Positions 56,245 through 58,783 of a stretch of 58,783 nucleotides of DNA are shown piece by piece. Where the stretch lies: the NCBI GenBank assembly GCA_032128215.1, contig JAQBHA010000016.1, forward strand, positions 1 to 58,783, read 5' to 3'. Both the position numbers and the translations under genes were made by a program. The DNA is from Nitrososphaerota archaeon (GTDB lineage Archaea > Thermoproteota > Nitrososphaeria > Nitrososphaerales > Nitrosopumilaceae). The first letter of the stretch is position 1. Each line of letters starts with the position of its first letter. Below the pieces are notes generated by a model. The model saw nothing but the letters and a program-made list of their open reading frames with translations. It was not told the origin of the DNA and searched no databases.

Positions 56245-56421
56245 TTAGAGTTGGTTTCCTGCCATAAACCAATTTTCTTTTGGTTTTTCATCAAAAACCA
56301 CAATTACATGATTTTCTTTGGTCTTTAGAATTTCAACTGCAGACTTTGTGATTGCTTTTACATAGTCCTCTTTTTGTTGTTGAGTTCTGCCAGGGTATAG
56401 TGAGACGGTAATTAGAGGCAT
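56245..56421 (-). CDS. 4-oxalocrotonate tautomerase family protein (58 aa, below the ORF-track cutoff)
   Basis: My own translation is MPLITVSLYPGRTQQQKEDYVKAITKSAVEILKTKENHVIVVFDEKPKENWFMAGNQL*. It has the Pro-1 and 'GRT..QK' tautomerase signature. Confidence 0.7.
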   Translation of the reverse strand: MPLITVSLYPGRTQQQKEDYVKAITKSAVEILKTKENHVIVVFDEKPKENWFMAGNQL

Positions 56422-56465
56422 GAATTATTCTGAAATACCTCCTGATTTATTCCTTAAAGAGTGAA

Positions 56466-57230
56466 TTAACTATCGCCTTTCCAGCCATATCGTGTCCCAT
56501 AGGTAAATTCAGCACTATGAGTTTTTTTGTATAAATATCCAGTAGCTAATCCTATTAGAAAACCACCAATATGTGCCATGTATGCTACTCCCCCTCCAGC
56601 AATACCAAAACCACCAATAAAGAATGGGAGTAGATTTTGAAAGATGAGCCAAAAAGGCAAAAACCATTTTGCTTGAATGTGGATCATTCTCCAAAAAAAT
56701 CCAAGCATCATAAAAGTCATAATTTTAGATCTTGGAAAAAGTATGAGATATGCACCTAAAACACCAGAGATTGCACCAGATGCTCCAACTGCTGGAATAG
56801 AGCTTAATGGATCAATTACAATGTGAGCTAAACCTGCACCGATTCCCCAGAAAAGATAAATTCCAAGAAACTTTGCTCTACCAAATTTGAACTCAATGTT
56901 ATCACCAAAAATCCATAGAAATAACATATTGCCACCTAAATGCATTAATCCACCATGAAGAAACATCGAGCTTAACAACGAAACGTATGGCATGTCAGGA
57001 CATGGAATTTGCATTCCTGGTTGAATGATATAGTTAGAACCAGTAATACAAGTTGGTACAGCTCCCCATTCAAAGAATAATGTTGCAGCTTGCTGATTTG
57101 AAAATTCCCAAAATTGACCTGTATATACTACTTCATAGAAAAATACTATCACATTTATGATAATGAGAAGAATAGTTAGTTTTGGTTTGAACCATGTTGG
57201 GTGGGGATTTTCATCCCGAAGTGGAAGCAT
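56466..57230 (-). CDS. rhomboid family intramembrane serine protease
   Basis: 254 aa. Has 'HGGLMHLGGNMLFLWIFG' (HxxxN) and 'GASGAISGVLGAY' (GxSG) motifs and multiple TM helices. Confidence 0.9.
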   Translation of the reverse strand: MLPLRDENPHPTWFKPKLTILLIIINVIVFFYEVVYTGQFWEFSNQQAATLFFEWGAVPTCITGSNYIIQPGMQIPCPDMPYVSLLSSMFLHGGLMHLGGNMLFLWIFGDNIEFKFGRAKFLGIYLFWGIGAGLAHIVIDPLSSIPAVGASGAISGVLGAYLILFPRSKIMTFMMLGFFWRMIHIQAKWFLPFWLIFQNLLPFFIGGFGIAGGGVAYMAHIGGFLIGLATGYLYKKTHSAEFTYGTRYGWKGDS

Positions 57231-57277
57231 GAATTACTTTGCTTATTGAAAATTTGTATAATAGTATTTCAGAAAAA

Positions 57278-58783
57278 CTATACAGAGATTATTCCTTGTT
57301 GAATTAGATATTGAATTCCATTTGCAAAGTCCTCATCAGAAATTAATCCTTCTGACCACCAGCCTGCGTTATTTCTAACCCAATCAGGAATTACTGCATT
57401 TTTTGGTGCTTCTCCACTAGTTATAGGTGGAACTTTGATAATACTCTCCTTAATCATAAATTCGATTCCAGAAGCAAAGTCATTATCTGTAATTGCCCCA
57501 TCTGACCACCAACCTGCGTTATTTCTAACCCAATCAGGAATTGAAATTTTGGATGATGGCTGTTGATTATTATTTTGTGGTTTAATGCTACCTGGTTCTA
57601 CTTCAATAAGTCCTGAACCAATTCCTGCGTATTTAGGATCATATTTAATTCCCTGACCAAAAACTTCAATATCAAGACGATAGGTTTCTTGAGATGGTAT
57701 CTTTACTCTTTGAATATCTAGTCCTTCGGAAGCTAGAATGCCTGGCATGTTAGAATCACTTCCAAGATTTTGAAATATTATTTTATTATTTTGATCAATT
57801 AAATAAAGACCATAATGAATATCCTTCAAAAGATTTCTATTTTCATCAAAGAATGTAATTTCAAATGGAATTTCGTCATTTACACCATAGGAGCTATCCC
57901 ATGAAACCTGTACAGTTGTTCCTACCGGTTTAAGTGATTTTTTATTTACAAGATAAAAGTCAAAAGAATTTTTTACAATTTCGCTTTGGGGGACTAAATT
58001 AAATTTCATTGTTTGTTTATCATAGTGAGATGAACCTAATTTGTCATTAATTCTTTGTAATTCTGAACCAGATACAAGAAAATGAATTATGTTTGTATCT
58101 TCAATGGAATAAGGATCAAGTAATAAGACTCTACTATCAACTTCTACACCATCAACATAACCTTTGAATTGTTTTCCTTCAGCATATGGAGCAAAACTTT
58201 TTGGGACACGAATTTCTTCGTGTACAACTTTTACCAAATTAATATAATCTGGTGACCAATCAAAATCCATATCAAATGATAGAGAATTATCTGAGTTTTG
58301 GAATTTGAAATCTTTTACTTCGTCATAATAGGTTTTAACAACTACTGGAATTTCTTGAGCTTGTGCAGATTGAATAAGAAAATTCTGTTCTTCTGCAATG
58401 CTTACGAATGTGTCAAAGCTTAATAGTTGTGCAACTTGGGTTCGTGGACTGGATGCACCTTCAATATCTACTCGTATATAGTACAATCCACCTTTATCAA
58501 AAATAGGGCCAGTAATTGTTGGTCTTCCACCTCCATAAACATACAAAGCACCTGGTGCACTAACATGTTCAGATCCACCATAGGTAGTACAATCAATTAG
58601 TCTTATTTCATTACATCCCAATACTGGTTTTAATTCAACATTAAGTTCTCCGTCTGTATCAAAAAACAAATTTCTTGCCAACAAATCTCCACTTCGCCAG
58701 ATTTCTACTCGATAAGTAACTTGATCAAAGTTCTTGTCAGTTAATTGATCAAAAAATCTTACAGCCATGTTTGCACTAGTTAC
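57278..58783 (-). CDS. secreted or surface protein with the same tandem Trp-rich C-terminal module; the N-terminus may run off the window end
   Basis: At least 496 aa. The frame remains open from the ATG at 58768 to the window edge. The C-terminal repeats are '[30 protein letters not shown]' and '[30 protein letters not shown]'. Confidence 0.6.
   Translation of the reverse strand, partial: VTSANMAVRFFDQLTDKNFDQVTYRVEIWRSGDLLARNLFFDTDGELNVELKPVLGCNEIRLIDCTTYGGSEHVSAPGALYVYGGGRPTITGPIFDKGGLYYIRVDIEGASSPRTQVAQLLSFDTFVSIAEEQNFLIQSAQAQEIPVVVKTYYDEVKDFKFQNSDNSLSFDMDFDWSPDYINLVKVVHEEIRVPKSFAPYAEGKQFKGYVDGVEVDSRVLLLDPYSIEDTNIIHFLVSGSELQRINDKLGSSHYDKQTMKFNLVPQSEIVKNSFDFYLVNKKSLKPVGTTVQVSWDSSYGVNDEIPFEITFFDENRNLLKDIHYGLYLIDQNNKIIFQNLGSDSNMPGILASEGLDIQRVKIPSQETYRLDIEVFGQGIKYDPKYAGIGSGLIEVEPGSIKPQNNNQQPSSKISIPDWVRNNAGWWSDGAITDNDFASGIEFMIKESIIKVPPITSGEAPKNAVIPDWVRNNAGWWSEGLISDEDFANGIQYLIQQGIISV
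57351..57542. repeat. intragenic direct repeat: a 42-nt unit at 57351-57392 and 57501-57542 with one mismatch, offset by exactly 150 nt
   Basis: Read directly: tctgaccacc(a/g)(g/a)cctgcgttatttctaacccaatcaggaatt. The unit encodes the '[13 protein letters not shown](D/E)G' core of the duplicated C-terminal module. Confidence 0.9.

Noticed and set aside
1-58783. CRISPR arrays, rRNA genes, transposases/integrases, prophage or obvious defence-system genes
   Set aside because: I scanned the ORF translations and intergenic regions and found none of the following:
- Regularly spaced direct repeats.
- rRNA-like GC-rich blocks.
- DDE or tyrosine recombinase motifs.
- Restriction-modification, toxin-antitoxin, Cas or other defence hallmarks.

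The window reads as conserved core genome.

Overview
AT-rich (about one-third GC by eye), densely packed archaeal chromosomal segment. The gene content and protein sequences look like a marine ammonia-oxidising Thaumarchaeota/Nitrososphaerota (Nitrosopumilus-like) genome. I support about 70 CDS and one tRNA-Gly(UCC). I saw no rRNA, CRISPR array, transposase, integrase or prophage signature, so this reads as core genome rather than an accessory island. All family assignments come from reading motifs in the supplied translations; no database search was run.

Recognisable content:
- Pterin and purine metabolism: folP/mptE, guaA, adenine deaminase.
- Thermosome subunit.
- Ribosomal proteins L44e, S27e and S19e.
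- A five-gene overlapping cobalamin nucleotide-loop operon: cobD, cobQ-N, cbiB, cobS, cobY.
- asd, an Lrp regulator and heme O synthase.
- A UbiD-family decarboxylase with a small coupled partner.
- NAC, a PUA protein, a PhoU-type regulator, HflX, Trm56 and TFE.
- A six-gene riboflavin operon.
- Proline catabolism (ProDH and P5CDH) and agmatinase.
- SSADH, a CitE-like lyase, Sua5 and an MDR oxidoreductase.
- Rpp21 and Nep1.
- Secreted hydrolase-like proteins.
- A B12-dependent class II RNR.
- A thiolase/DUF35 pair, a C-N hydrolase, RlmN, a 4-OT tautomerase and a rhomboid protease.

Most interesting observations:
1. A class III RNR (NrdD)-like protein appears to have lost both the thiyl cysteine and the glycyl-radical tail. 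It carries an N-terminal winged-helix plus ATP-cone-like region and sits directly upstream of nrdJ. It may be a pseudoenzyme turned regulator.
2. A nucleobase-deaminase-type amidohydrolase is translationally coupled inside the riboflavin operon. It is a candidate for the unassigned archaeal pyrimidine deaminase step.
3. A Trp-rich tandem C-terminal module is shared by two otherwise unrelated secreted proteins.
4. A CobQ homologue lacks its glutaminase domain.
5. A RuvX/RuvC-like gene has an 87-codon stop-free upstream extension with no canonical start codon.
6. rlmN has strikingly atypical arginine codon usage.
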